Below, piece by piece: positions 1 through 8,492 of a stretch of 64,000 nt of DNA (its first letter is position 1; the number at the start of each line of letters is the position of its first letter). Below the pieces are notes generated by a model that worked only from the letters and a program-made list of their open reading frames with translations, was not told where the DNA came from and made no database searches. A program made the translations under genes and the position numbers. The stretch lies in the NCBI GenBank assembly GCA_964474335.1, contig CAYYRS010000001.1, positions 38,254 through 102,253 on the forward strand. Reading direction: 5' to 3'. This DNA comes from an uncultured Campylobacterales bacterium (GTDB taxonomy: Bacteria; Campylobacterota; Campylobacteria; Campylobacterales; Sulfurimonadaceae).

Positions 1-1107
1 TCCACTTCCATTTGACCCAACTATTGCTATTACATCTTTTTGTAAAATTCTTGTGCTGAAATCTTTTATTAAAACCTTATCCCCTAACGTAATAGATAGA
101 TTTTTAATTTCAAAAAGCATTTTTTGTTTATTTATACTTTTATCACGATTAAAATGTTTGGCTTCACGCTCAAGCTCGATACTGATAGTTCTTATTTTGC
201 CCGGATTTATTTTTACATCTTTACGTAGTTGCATTAATCTTGATTTTCTACCCTCATTTCGTTTTAAACGGGCTTTTACACCTTTACTGTACCACTCATT
301 TTCAGCTTTTACTAATTTTAATAAATTATCATGTTGTTTTTGCATAACAAAAAGAAGTTGTTGTTTTTGTTCTAGATAACTACTGTATCCACCTTTAAAT
401 TCTCTAAGTTTATAATCTTCTATCTCTATATTTTTTGTAGCAATTTTATCTATAAAGTATCTATCATGTGATATAAAAACTAAAGTAAATTTTTCTCGTA
501 AAATGAGATTTTCAAGAAATTCAACCATATATACATCAAGATGGTTAGTTGGTTCATCCAGAAGTAATATATCTGGTTTTTGTAGTAATAATGCCCCAAG
601 AGCAACACGTCTTTGCTCTCCACCACTTAGTAATGATATTGGTTGATTTTCATATTCTTGGAGCTGAAAATGTTGTATAATTCTTTGTATTTTATCATCA
701 AGACTCCATGCATTGTGATGATCTAATAGATGAGCTAGTTTTGCATGTTCATCTAAAAGATTTTTATTTTCAAAATCTTTAGCTAGTAAAATGGAGAGTT
801 TATCATATCTCTTTTTTGCATCAATTAGCTCTTTTAAACCATCTTTAATGGCTTCTTTTACACTTTGCCCATCTTTAAAAATAGGACGTTGTGGTAGCAT
901 TTTTATCTCTAAGTTTTGTTGAATTAGACGTTCTCCTTCATCTACTTCTAACACCCCAGCAATTATTTTAAGAAGAGTTGATTTTCCACTACCATTTTTA
1001 CCGATAATAACAACTCTTTCACATTCGTTAATATGAAAATTTATATTTTTTAAAATTTTTTGTGCTTCATAATGTTTGGATATATTGTGCAGGTCTATTA
1101 ATGCCAT
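1..1107 (-). CDS. ABC-F family ATP-binding protein (two-NBD, Uup/YheS-like); 3' end cut by window edge
   Basis: Manual minus-strand translation from ATG at 1107-1105 gives MALIDLHNISKHYEAQKIL...VVIIGKNGSGKSTLLKIIAG (Walker A) and LLSGGEQRRVALGALLLQKPDILLLDEPTNH (signature plus Walker B). A second Walker A, IAIVGSNGSG, begins at position 1. The frame is open for 369 codons. It is absent from the ORF track because no stop lies in the window. Confidence 0.85.
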   Translation of the reverse strand, partial: MALIDLHNISKHYEAQKILKNINFHINECERVVIIGKNGSGKSTLLKIIAGVLEVDEGERLIQQNLEIKMLPQRPIFKDGQSVKEAIKDGLKELIDAKKRYDKLSILLAKDFENKNLLDEHAKLAHLLDHHNAWSLDDKIQRIIQHFQLQEYENQPISLLSGGEQRRVALGALLLQKPDILLLDEPTNHLDVYMVEFLENLILREKFTLVFISHDRYFIDKIATKNIEIEDYKLREFKGGYSSYLEQKQQLLFVMQKQHDNLLKLVKAENEWYSKGVKARLKRNEGRKSRLMQLRKDVKINPGKIRTISIELEREAKHFNRDKSINKQKMLFEIKNLSITLGDKVLIKDFSTRILQKDVIAIVGSNGSG

Positions 1108-1133
1108 TGGTACTCTTTTTTTTTAATCATATT

Positions 1134-1430
1134 TTAGCAAATATATTTTGAAATATACCAAGATACTATCTCTTTATCGCTGTATTTATATTCTCTTTGA
1201 TGTATAGGTATGGAGCTATGCAATAGTTTTGAGCGAACGATACCCATCAAAAGAAAGGTAAGGAGCAAAGTCGTAAATGCTATGAAATATCCATATAAAT
1301 ACAGTACAAGTAGTGTAATTGCAACATTTAAAAAGCGTAGTAGTATTGATAAAAAATACATTAAAATTATACATTTTTTATCGGAAAAAATAGGAGTCTT
1401 TTCAATTTCATTTATATCTATTGTGCGCAT
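1134..1430 (-). CDS. small hypothetical membrane protein (two hydrophobic helices)
   Basis: 98-aa ORF, co-directional with and 26 nt upstream of the ABC-F start. It has a hydrophobic hairpin, ILMYFLSILLRFLNVAITLLVLYLYGYFIAFTTLLLTFLLMGIV. No family was recognised. Confidence 0.4.
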   Translation of the reverse strand: MRTIDINEIEKTPIFSDKKCIILMYFLSILLRFLNVAITLLVLYLYGYFIAFTTLLLTFLLMGIVRSKLLHSSIPIHQREYKYSDKEIVSWYISKYIC

Positions 1431-1544
1431 AATTATTTTCTCTTACTTATTAGATGTGCTCTTAAACTATAATATTAACAAAAAAAATTTAAGTCTAAAT
1501 ATTGTTAATTTGATATCATTATACCAAAATTTAAGGTTTTATAA

Positions 1545-2789
1545 ATGTTGACTGTAGCAATTGTTTTATATTCGTTATATCTTCTCGTAAATTTGTATAC
1601 TAGTGTTATGCAAATAGGTTTTATTGCTCAAGCAAAATCTAAAACAGCTGTACTTTTAGACCCTGGTGCATTCATAAAGGCTGGTAATTATGCTATTAGT
1701 AAGGAGCGAATCTCAATAACAAAATCTTTAATTGATTATATTGTTGTTTTGATTTGGCTAGGTGGTGCAATATCATATTTACATGAAAAATTATTTTTTC
1801 AAAATGATGCTATTAGGACAATTATTATTGTTTTAGCTTTCATTTTTATTAATGGACTCATATCTTTGCCTTTTAGCGTATATGAAAAATTTGTTTTGGA
1901 TCAGAAGTTTTCATTTAATAACTCAACGGTAATACAATACATTAAAGATACTGTTATTACATTTATTTTAACTATAATACTTGGTTCTTTAGTGATTTGG
2001 GGAGTTTATTTTATCATGTCATCATATAATTTGTGGTGGTTGTATAGTTTTATTTTTATTTTTATTTTTATTGTTGCTATTAATATGCTTTTTCCAACTA
2101 TTAGAGCCATATTTTTTGATAAATTAACACCATTAAATGATGAAGTTTTAAATGTACAAATTAAAGAGTTAATGGATAAAACAGGTTTTGTTAGTAGCGG
2201 AGTTTTTGTAAGTGATGCTAGCAAGAGAGATTCAAGATTAAATGCTTATTTTGGTGGTTTAGGTAAAACAAAAAGAGTTATCTTGTTTGATACTTTACTA
2301 AAAAAATTGACTACAAGAGAGTTGTTGGCGGTTTTAGGTCATGAATTAGGTCATTTTGCACATGGAGATATTTATAAAAATATCGCAATTGTAGGGGTCA
2401 TGTTATTTGGAATGTTTGCTATTTTTGGTAATTTGCCAGATAGTTTATATCTTCAAATGGGATTGGCAAAAGCACCATATCTTATTATGATACTATTTTT
2501 AATTTTCTTACCAGTGATTAGTTTTTTTATTATGCCATTAATCGGGCTTGTTAGTAGAAAAAATGAATATGAAGCAGATAAAATGGGTTCTGAGTTGTGT
2601 GGAGAGATTGAATTAGCTACAGCATTGCAAAAACTTGTAAAAGAAAATAAAAGCTTTCCTCTTTCACACCCTGTTTACGTCTTTTTTCATTATACACATC
2701 CGCCTATCATAGAAAGATTAAAAGCGTTACATGTAGACATTGACAGCGATAACAGTGCATTAGAGGGAACATGTCCTTCTATACCTTAA
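1545..2789 (+). CDS. M48 family (Ste24/HtpX-like) membrane zinc metallopeptidase
   Basis: Contains the HExxH motif LAVLGHELGHFAHGD, a downstream NEYEADKMG and YTHPPIIERLKAL. The N-terminal half is polytopic and hydrophobic. Confidence 0.85.
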   Translation: MLTVAIVLYSLYLLVNLYTSVMQIGFIAQAKSKTAVLLDPGAFIKAGNYAISKERISITKSLIDYIVVLIWLGGAISYLHEKLFFQNDAIRTIIIVLAFIFINGLISLPFSVYEKFVLDQKFSFNNSTVIQYIKDTVITFILTIILGSLVIWGVYFIMSSYNLWWLYSFIFIFIFIVAINMLFPTIRAIFFDKLTPLNDEVLNVQIKELMDKTGFVSSGVFVSDASKRDSRLNAYFGGLGKTKRVILFDTLLKKLTTRELLAVLGHELGHFAHGDIYKNIAIVGVMLFGMFAIFGNLPDSLYLQMGLAKAPYLIMILFLIFLPVISFFIMPLIGLVSRKNEYEADKMGSELCGEIELATALQKLVKENKSFPLSHPVYVFFHYTHPPIIERLKALHVDIDSDNSALEGTCPSIP

Positions 2790-3604
2790 AAAATTTACAA
2801 CAGCAACTTTTAAATATTTTAAAAGATAAAGTTCCAAATTACGCAAAAGAGGTTCAGTTATTGTTAATGAATCAGTTTCATGTTGATGAAATATGGATTA
2901 TGTTGCATCAAGACACTATTATGCATAGCTGTGAAGAAATTTTAAATAAAGCTCATAAAAGAGCCATGCAAGAACCGCTAGAATATATAACTAAAAATGT
3001 TAGTTTTTATTCACATACATTTTTTATAGATTACGGAGCTTTAATTCCAAGACCTGAAACAGAACTTTTGATTGATGAGGTATTAAGAAATATAAAAGAT
3101 AAAAATAAGCCAATTACAATTGTAGAAATTGGAGTAGGTAGCGGAGTCGTTTCTATTATGTTAGCAAAAAAATTAAAAAATGCTAATATAATTGCTGTTG
3201 ATATCTCTAAAGATGCTTTAAAAATTGCAAAAAAAAATATTGATATGTTTGATTTAAATGAGCAAATTGAGTTACGTTTTAGTTCGTCGTTAGAAAATGT
3301 AGAAGAAGATATAGACTATCTTGTATCAAACCCTCCATACATCTCCTTACATGCAGACATAGAGAAAAATTTAGATTTTGAACCGCATGAGGCATTATTT
3401 GGTGGTGAGGTCGGATGTGAATTTATATTTTCACTGCTTAATGAATATTTAAATAAAAGGATTAAAATTTTTAGTTGCGAGATTGGCTATGATCAAAAAG
3501 ATATGATAAATAATTATTTAAAAAGATTTAATGATGTTAATATTGAATTTTATAAAGATTTAAGTAATTTAGATAGAGGTTTTACTATTAAAAGTCAACT
3601 ATAA
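2771..3604 (+). CDS. prmC: release factor glutamine N5-methyltransferase
   Basis: SAM-binding motif IVEIGVGSGVVSI and catalytic motif LVSNPPYIS. The length (277 aa) is typical of PrmC/HemK. Confidence 0.85.
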   Translation: MSFYTLKNLQQQLLNILKDKVPNYAKEVQLLLMNQFHVDEIWIMLHQDTIMHSCEEILNKAHKRAMQEPLEYITKNVSFYSHTFFIDYGALIPRPETELLIDEVLRNIKDKNKPITIVEIGVGSGVVSIMLAKKLKNANIIAVDISKDALKIAKKNIDMFDLNEQIELRFSSSLENVEEDIDYLVSNPPYISLHADIEKNLDFEPHEALFGGEVGCEFIFSLLNEYLNKRIKIFSCEIGYDQKDMINNYLKRFNDVNIEFYKDLSNLDRGFTIKSQL

Positions 3605-3680
3605 TGATTAAAGGAGAAAACTTAAACCAAACACCTAATTAATATGTTTCAGTTTGAAGCACTTTAATAGCTAAATTCAA

Positions 3681-4903
3681 TCATGCTATAGCTCCTTTTG
3701 AGTTGTAGTTTGTACTAAATTTAGTGTTGTTCTTTAACATAGAAAAAATAATACGAATAAGTTTGTTGGCAACAGCGATAACCGATTGCTTGAAGGTTTT
3801 ACCTTCACCTCGTTTTTTATCGTAATATGCTTTGAGTATAGGATTCCATACTGTACCTGCTCTTGCCATATGCCAGAGTATTCTTCTTAAATGTGAGTTT
3901 CCTCTTTTAGAGATGGAGCCTTTAACATTTACAGAGGTACCACTCTGGTAAATAGTCGGGTCAGTTCCAATAAATGCAGTGAGTTGTTTATGAGTAGCAA
4001 AGTTATTAATATCACCAAGTTCAATAAGAAACGATGCAGCACTAGTTTTGCCAGTGCCAGATATAGAAGTTAATAACTCTATATCATCATTGTGATGCTC
4101 ATCAACAAACGATTCTATTATCTCATTAAACTCATCTAGTTGAAGTTGTAAAAACTCTAACTGCTTGATTTTTGAGATAAGTATTTTTTCTAACGATTGG
4201 TTGTTAATACCTATAGAGTTTTTAGCCATTGAGAGTATCTCATTAGCACCAACTTTAGGTTTAGCACCCTTCGTAATGTCAGAGGATGAGGTGCCCCTTG
4301 AGGGTATAAAAGTTTGGCTATCTTCTTCTCTTTCAAGTTTCTAATAATTAGTTTACTAGGAGCTTGTAAGAGCAGATTTAAACTGCTTTTTGAAAAGATA
4401 TTTGTGTTCTTTAACATTTCTGGGAATATTTGATTTACTATAGACTTCATATCTGTTTTAATAGCAGACATAGAATTTATGAGTTTTTCTCTTTCTCTAA
4501 CAATAGGTTTAATTGACTCTAAATTATCAGAATTAGACAACTTTAAAATTGCACCATTTCTCTTTGCAAAAATAGAAATGATATGTGCATCTTTAGCATC
4601 TGTCTTAGTCTTTTTGATAGTCATGGATTTCGTAAATGCATGAATAAAGAGTGGATTTACTACAGATACATTTAATCCTTGCTCTAAGAAATATGAGAGT
4701 AAGTTTAAATGATATATCCCTGTAGCCTCCATAACAATTAAAATCTCATCTTTAGAGAATGGAGCAAGATAGTTACTAAGTTTAGTAAAGTCAGTCATAT
4801 CCATTTGATAGTGGTCTTTATATAAAACCTTTTCAGTTTCATCAGTGAAACTAAAATTGAAACTATCTTTAGATATATCAATTCCTAAGAAATATTTATA
4901 CAT
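3681..4903 (-). pseudogene. IS110-family transposase split by a frameshift (DEDD/RuvC-like N-domain plus C-terminal Tnp domain)
   Basis: The N-terminal frame (ATG 4903, AAGGA RBS) reads MYKYFLGIDISKD...VMEATGIYH...TDAKDAHII and stops at 4211. The C-terminal frame is open from 4340 and reads ...IPSRGTSSSDITKGAK..AKNSIGI...SISGTGKTSAASFL...QSGTSVNVKGSISKRGNSHLRR, stopping at 3681. A single indel within 4214-4340 would rejoin the two frames. Confidence 0.85.
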
Positions 4904-4965
4904 ATCGTATCCTTTTAAAAGTACAAAAAAATTAAAATTAAAAAACCAAAGGTTTAATAAAATAT

Positions 4966-5154
4966 ACAAACAGATAAGCAAGTACTTGACTTGATCCTAC
5001 CTTCCAAATGACAGAGGTTCGTGATGACCTAATCAACTAATTGGGATTGTAAGCAAGTAACAGACTTTTTTCGAGGTTCTTATCACTGAAAATCTACTTT
5101 AAGGTTTCAGTGATAATTCCTAAGGAATAATCGTTCTCTTGCTTATCTCTTTGT
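4966..5154 (-). ncRNA. candidate IS110 bridge-RNA-like structured non-coding region
   Basis: On the minus strand, ACAAAGAGATAAGCAAG (5154-5138) pairs with CTTGCTTATCTGTTTGT (4982-4966), giving 17 bp with 1 mismatch. Inside lie a perfect 11-bp hairpin (5115-5105 with 5091-5081) and a 5-bp hairpin ATTCC/GGAAT (5128-5116). GAACCTC and TACTTGCTTA modules are each repeated. The position, directly 5' of an IS110-type transposase, fits this class. Confidence 0.35.
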
Positions 5155-5195
5155 ATGTATTTTACATTAATTTTTGGTAGAAGGATTAAAAGGTC

Positions 5196-5675
5196 ATGAA
5201 GAGAAATATATACATTGATTTTGGTTATTTAATTATAATTGCATCAACATTTGGTGCGGTTTTAACGCTCGGCGCTATTGTAGCTCCTGTTGTTTTTCAA
5301 ACAGATAAACTTGGCTTGAACATCTTAATCGATAATTATAATGCTGGCATTATAATGGGTACAATTTTTAAACATTTTAGCTATTGGCTGGATATCTTAA
5401 TTGTTTATGTTGGTCTTTACGAATTAGTTTTATATAAAACTGGTAAACGTGATAGAGTGGCAATTTTATCTGCTATTATTGTTTTATCTACCTCTTTAAT
5501 GTTTAATGGAGTTTATATACCAAAAATCCTTGCACTTCAAGATATGGGTCAAGAAGCCACAAGAAGTGATACGTTTAATACCATACATATAGCCAGTGAA
5601 TGGGATTTTAAAATCTTAGCAATTGCATTATTTCTTTTATTTATTAGGCGTCTTATGTTATTAAGAAAAGCTTAG
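5196..5675 (+). CDS. integral membrane protein, four predicted TM helices (possibly DUF4149-type)
   Basis: 159-aa ORF with an AAAGG RBS. It has four hydrophobic segments, for example IIIASTFGAVLTLGAIVAPVVF. The family assignment is tentative. Confidence 0.6.
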   Translation: MKRNIYIDFGYLIIIASTFGAVLTLGAIVAPVVFQTDKLGLNILIDNYNAGIIMGTIFKHFSYWLDILIVYVGLYELVLYKTGKRDRVAILSAIIVLSTSLMFNGVYIPKILALQDMGQEATRSDTFNTIHIASEWDFKILAIALFLLFIRRLMLLRKA

Positions 5676-5691
5676 GGGTGCTCTTAAAAAA

Positions 5692-5988
5692 TTAAAAGGC
5701 AGTATTGCCAAATTTTTCTCTCCACCATTCTTGTGCAGATAAGGTGGATTTTTTTAATGTTTGTTCATCAAATGGGTATTCGTAATTATTACAATATTGC
5801 AATACTATATCATAAGCTTCGTTGATTTTTATACTCATAGCAGTAGCTATTTTTATATCATCTTTATTTATATCTGGATGCCATTTTTTCATCAAAGCTT
5901 TATATTTACTTTTTATTTCAACCAAAGAGGCTTTTTCACTTAAACGAAGAGTTGTTTTTGCCTTTAGTAGCTTTGAATAAGACGACAA
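5692..5988 (-). CDS. small J-domain (DnaJ-like) protein
   Basis: HPD motif in KSKYKALMKKWHPDINKDD, followed by helix III, INEAYDIV. TTG start with an AAGGA RBS, 15 nt downstream of the ftsZ stop. Confidence 0.7.
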   Translation of the reverse strand: MSSYSKLLKAKTTLRLSEKASLVEIKSKYKALMKKWHPDINKDDIKIATAMSIKINEAYDIVLQYCNNYEYPFDEQTLKKSTLSAQEWWREKFGNTAF

Positions 5989-6003
5989 TTAACTTTCCTT
6001 ATA

Positions 6004-7116
6004 TCAATCTTGCTGACGTCTCATAAATGTAGGTACTTCAAGATAATCTTCACCAATATCTCCACCAACAACTAGCTTTGGACGTGATATTACTTTACGT
6101 GTAGATTTTTCTTCAGTTTCAAATCCAATATCATCATGAATATCTTTTTCAAAACCTGTGGCAATCAGTGTAATGCGTATAAAGTTTTCTGGAAGTGAGT
6201 CATCTGTTGAAGTTCCAAAAATAACATCCGCATCTTCATGAGCACTTTCATAAGCAACCTCCATCGAATTTGCCAGCTCTAACATAGGAAAATCTGGATG
6301 CATATAAAAATGCACTAAAACACCCATAGCGCCATTAATTGACATATTATCAAGTAAAGGAGATTCTATTGCTACTTTTATAGCTTCATAAGCTGCATTT
6401 TCTCCTTCAAATTCTCCAACACCCATAAGTGCCATTCCTTTATGACTCATGACAGTTTGCAAATCAGCAAAATCTAAGTTAATATCATTTTCACCACTAG
6501 ATAAAATTACTCCAGAAGTTCCACTAACAGCTTGTGCTAAAATTGAATCAACTATCTTGAAACTTTCTTTCATCCCCAATTTCTTTTCAATAATTGAAAG
6601 AAGTTTATCATTTGGAATAACAACAATAGAGTCGCTTTCTTGTTTTAGCTCCTTTAACCCATTTTCTGCAAGTTTTAACCTCTTTCTTCCCTCAAACATA
6701 AAAGGTTTTGTAACTATTGAAATTGTTAAAGCACCAATTTCTTTTGAAATTTGAGCAACAACAGGAGCAGCGCCAGTTCCAGTCCCACCACCAAGACCAG
6801 CAGCAATAAATACTATATCAGCACCCTCTAATGCCGAGCGAATTTCTTCGTAACTCTCAAGAGCTGATTCTTTACCAATTTCAGGTTTCATGCCAGCGCC
6901 CAAACCTTTAGTAACTTTTGGACCAATTTGTATTTTTGTAATTGCGTTAGATTCTTTTAGTGCTTGCGCATCGGTATTTATAATTATCATGTCAATTCCT
7001 GTAACGTTTTCACGTAACATATGACCTATCATATTTCCACCGCCACCACCAACACCAACGGCTACAATGCGTGCACTATTTAAATTTGTTGCCTCTTCTA
7101 TTAAAAACGGATCCAT
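6004..7116 (-). CDS. ftsZ: cell division GTPase FtsZ
   Basis: Tubulin signature GLGGGTGTGAAPVVAQ, with NTDAQAL and GVGGGGGN motifs. Confidence 0.97.
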   Translation of the reverse strand: MDPFLIEEATNLNSARIVAVGVGGGGGNMIGHMLRENVTGIDMIIINTDAQALKESNAITKIQIGPKVTKGLGAGMKPEIGKESALESYEEIRSALEGADIVFIAAGLGGGTGTGAAPVVAQISKEIGALTISIVTKPFMFEGRKRLKLAENGLKELKQESDSIVVIPNDKLLSIIEKKLGMKESFKIVDSILAQAVSGTSGVILSSGENDINLDFADLQTVMSHKGMALMGVGEFEGENAAYEAIKVAIESPLLDNMSINGAMGVLVHFYMHPDFPMLELANSMEVAYESAHEDADVIFGTSTDDSLPENFIRITLIATGFEKDIHDDIGFETEEKSTRKVISRPKLVVGGDIGEDYLEVPTFMRRQQD

Positions 7117-7138
7117 TATTTATTCCTTATCATGTTTG

Positions 7139-8491
7139 TTAAAATAATTGTGTAGCCCAGTTCCAAAATTTCACAACTGTGCTATTTTCATCTTTTTTAT
7201 CATCTTTCTTTTTTACAAATGGAGATTGTTTTGTATCTGTATCTTCATCTTTATCATTGGATACGAGTGACGCATCATTATCAAAATGAATCTCATACTC
7301 TTGCACTGGTGCTTCATCATGATAACGCAATCGTTTATTTGCGTCAATTTCATAGGGTGTATAATTACCAGCAGCATACTTTATTAATCCAATGACACAT
7401 GAATATTCTGGACCTTTGATATCATTAAAAAGACCTTCTATATTTTTCGGTTTTGCTAATCTGACTGGCATGTTATCAAAAATTGCAGTTGCTAACTCTC
7501 TTAAGCCATCTGTTTTACTAAAACCACCAGTTAAAATAACACCAGCTCCGATATGTTCTTTTAAACTACTTTTTTCTAATGATTGAGCTAGTATCATCAA
7601 TGTTTCTTCAACTCTTGCGTATATAACATTATGAACCACTTCCAATGATACCTCATGGGTTGATTTTTCATCACCTATCATCGGTAGTTCAATTAGTTGA
7701 TTACTAGGCGTGTCTAATGTTCCGTAGTTCATTTTAACACTTTCTGCTTTACTTAAAGGAGTATGTAAAGCCATTGAGAGGTCATTTGTTATATGGTTTG
7801 AGCCAACAGCTAAAAAGTCATTGTATCTTATGGAGTTGCCAACATGAATTACCATATTACAAGTATTTCCACCCATGTCTATAATCACAGCCCCTAACTC
7901 TTTTTCATCTTGACTAAGGGTTGCAATTGCTGATGCGTATCCTGCCAAAATAACATTTGCAATCTCTATGCCAGCTGCTTTTACAGCCTTTTTTAGGTTA
8001 TATAGATTTGATTTTTGTGTTATTATTATATGCGTTTGCACTTCAAGTCTTGAAGCATTCATACCAAGAGGATCATCACAGTCTTGATCATCTACTTTAA
8101 AGTTAAATGGCAAGGAGTGCAAAACTTCGTATTCATTTGGAATATTAGCGTTATATAATGAGGCATGCATAACTCTGCTCACCTCTTTAATTCCTATCTC
8201 CTTGTGTGGAATATTTACGATGCCTATTGAATTTAGGCTTTTTGTATAAGCTCCAGAGATTGAAATTATTGCATTTTTAATATCAGTACCAGCTACTCTT
8301 TTAGCATCATCTAAAGCATTTTTAATAGATTTAGACGCTAAGTCAATATTTGTAATACTACCTCTTTTTAGCCCTTGCGATTTTGCTTGACCAGAGCCTA
8401 TGATTTGTATTTCGTCATTACCTTTAATATTTGCGATAATTGCACAAATCTTTGTTGACCCTATATCAATGGCTAAAACGGTTTTACTCAA
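7139..8491 (-). CDS. ftsA: cell division protein FtsA
   Basis: Actin-fold motifs LAIDIGSTKICAII and IIDMGGNTCNMVI, plus a C-terminal amphipathic tail VVKFWNWATQLF. It lies immediately upstream of ftsZ. Confidence 0.95.
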   Translation of the reverse strand: MSKTVLAIDIGSTKICAIIANIKGNDEIQIIGSGQAKSQGLKRGSITNIDLASKSIKNALDDAKRVAGTDIKNAIISISGAYTKSLNSIGIVNIPHKEIGIKEVSRVMHASLYNANIPNEYEVLHSLPFNFKVDDQDCDDPLGMNASRLEVQTHIIITQKSNLYNLKKAVKAAGIEIANVILAGYASAIATLSQDEKELGAVIIDMGGNTCNMVIHVGNSIRYNDFLAVGSNHITNDLSMALHTPLSKAESVKMNYGTLDTPSNQLIELPMIGDEKSTHEVSLEVVHNVIYARVEETLMILAQSLEKSSLKEHIGAGVILTGGFSKTDGLRELATAIFDNMPVRLAKPKNIEGLFNDIKGPEYSCVIGLIKYAAGNYTPYEIDANKRLRYHDEAPVQEYEIHFDNDASLVSNDKDEDTDTKQSPFVKKKDDKKDENSTVVKFWNWATQLF

Positions 8492-8492
8492 T

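Larger units (their letters stand above)
3613..5183 (-). mobile_element. IS110-family insertion sequence (approximate boundaries), transposase disrupted
   Basis: Both transposase domains are present on the minus strand, with a ~260-nt structured non-coding 5' end. The element sits in the prmC/downstream-gene intergenic region. It is flanked by GATTAAAGG (3606-3614) and GATTAAAAGG (5184-5193). The ends are inferred, not proven. Confidence 0.7.

Noticed and set aside
53-379. 108-aa plus-strand ORF at the left edge
   Set aside because: The opposite strand encodes a clear ABC-F ATPase with intact Walker and signature motifs, so this ORF is an antisense artefact.
4904-4981. 26-codon extension at the 5' end of the transposase N-terminal ORF
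   Set aside because: IS110 transposases start with the M..(L/F)GIDISK motif. ATG 4903 has an AAGGA RBS. The extension lies in the structured non-coding leader.
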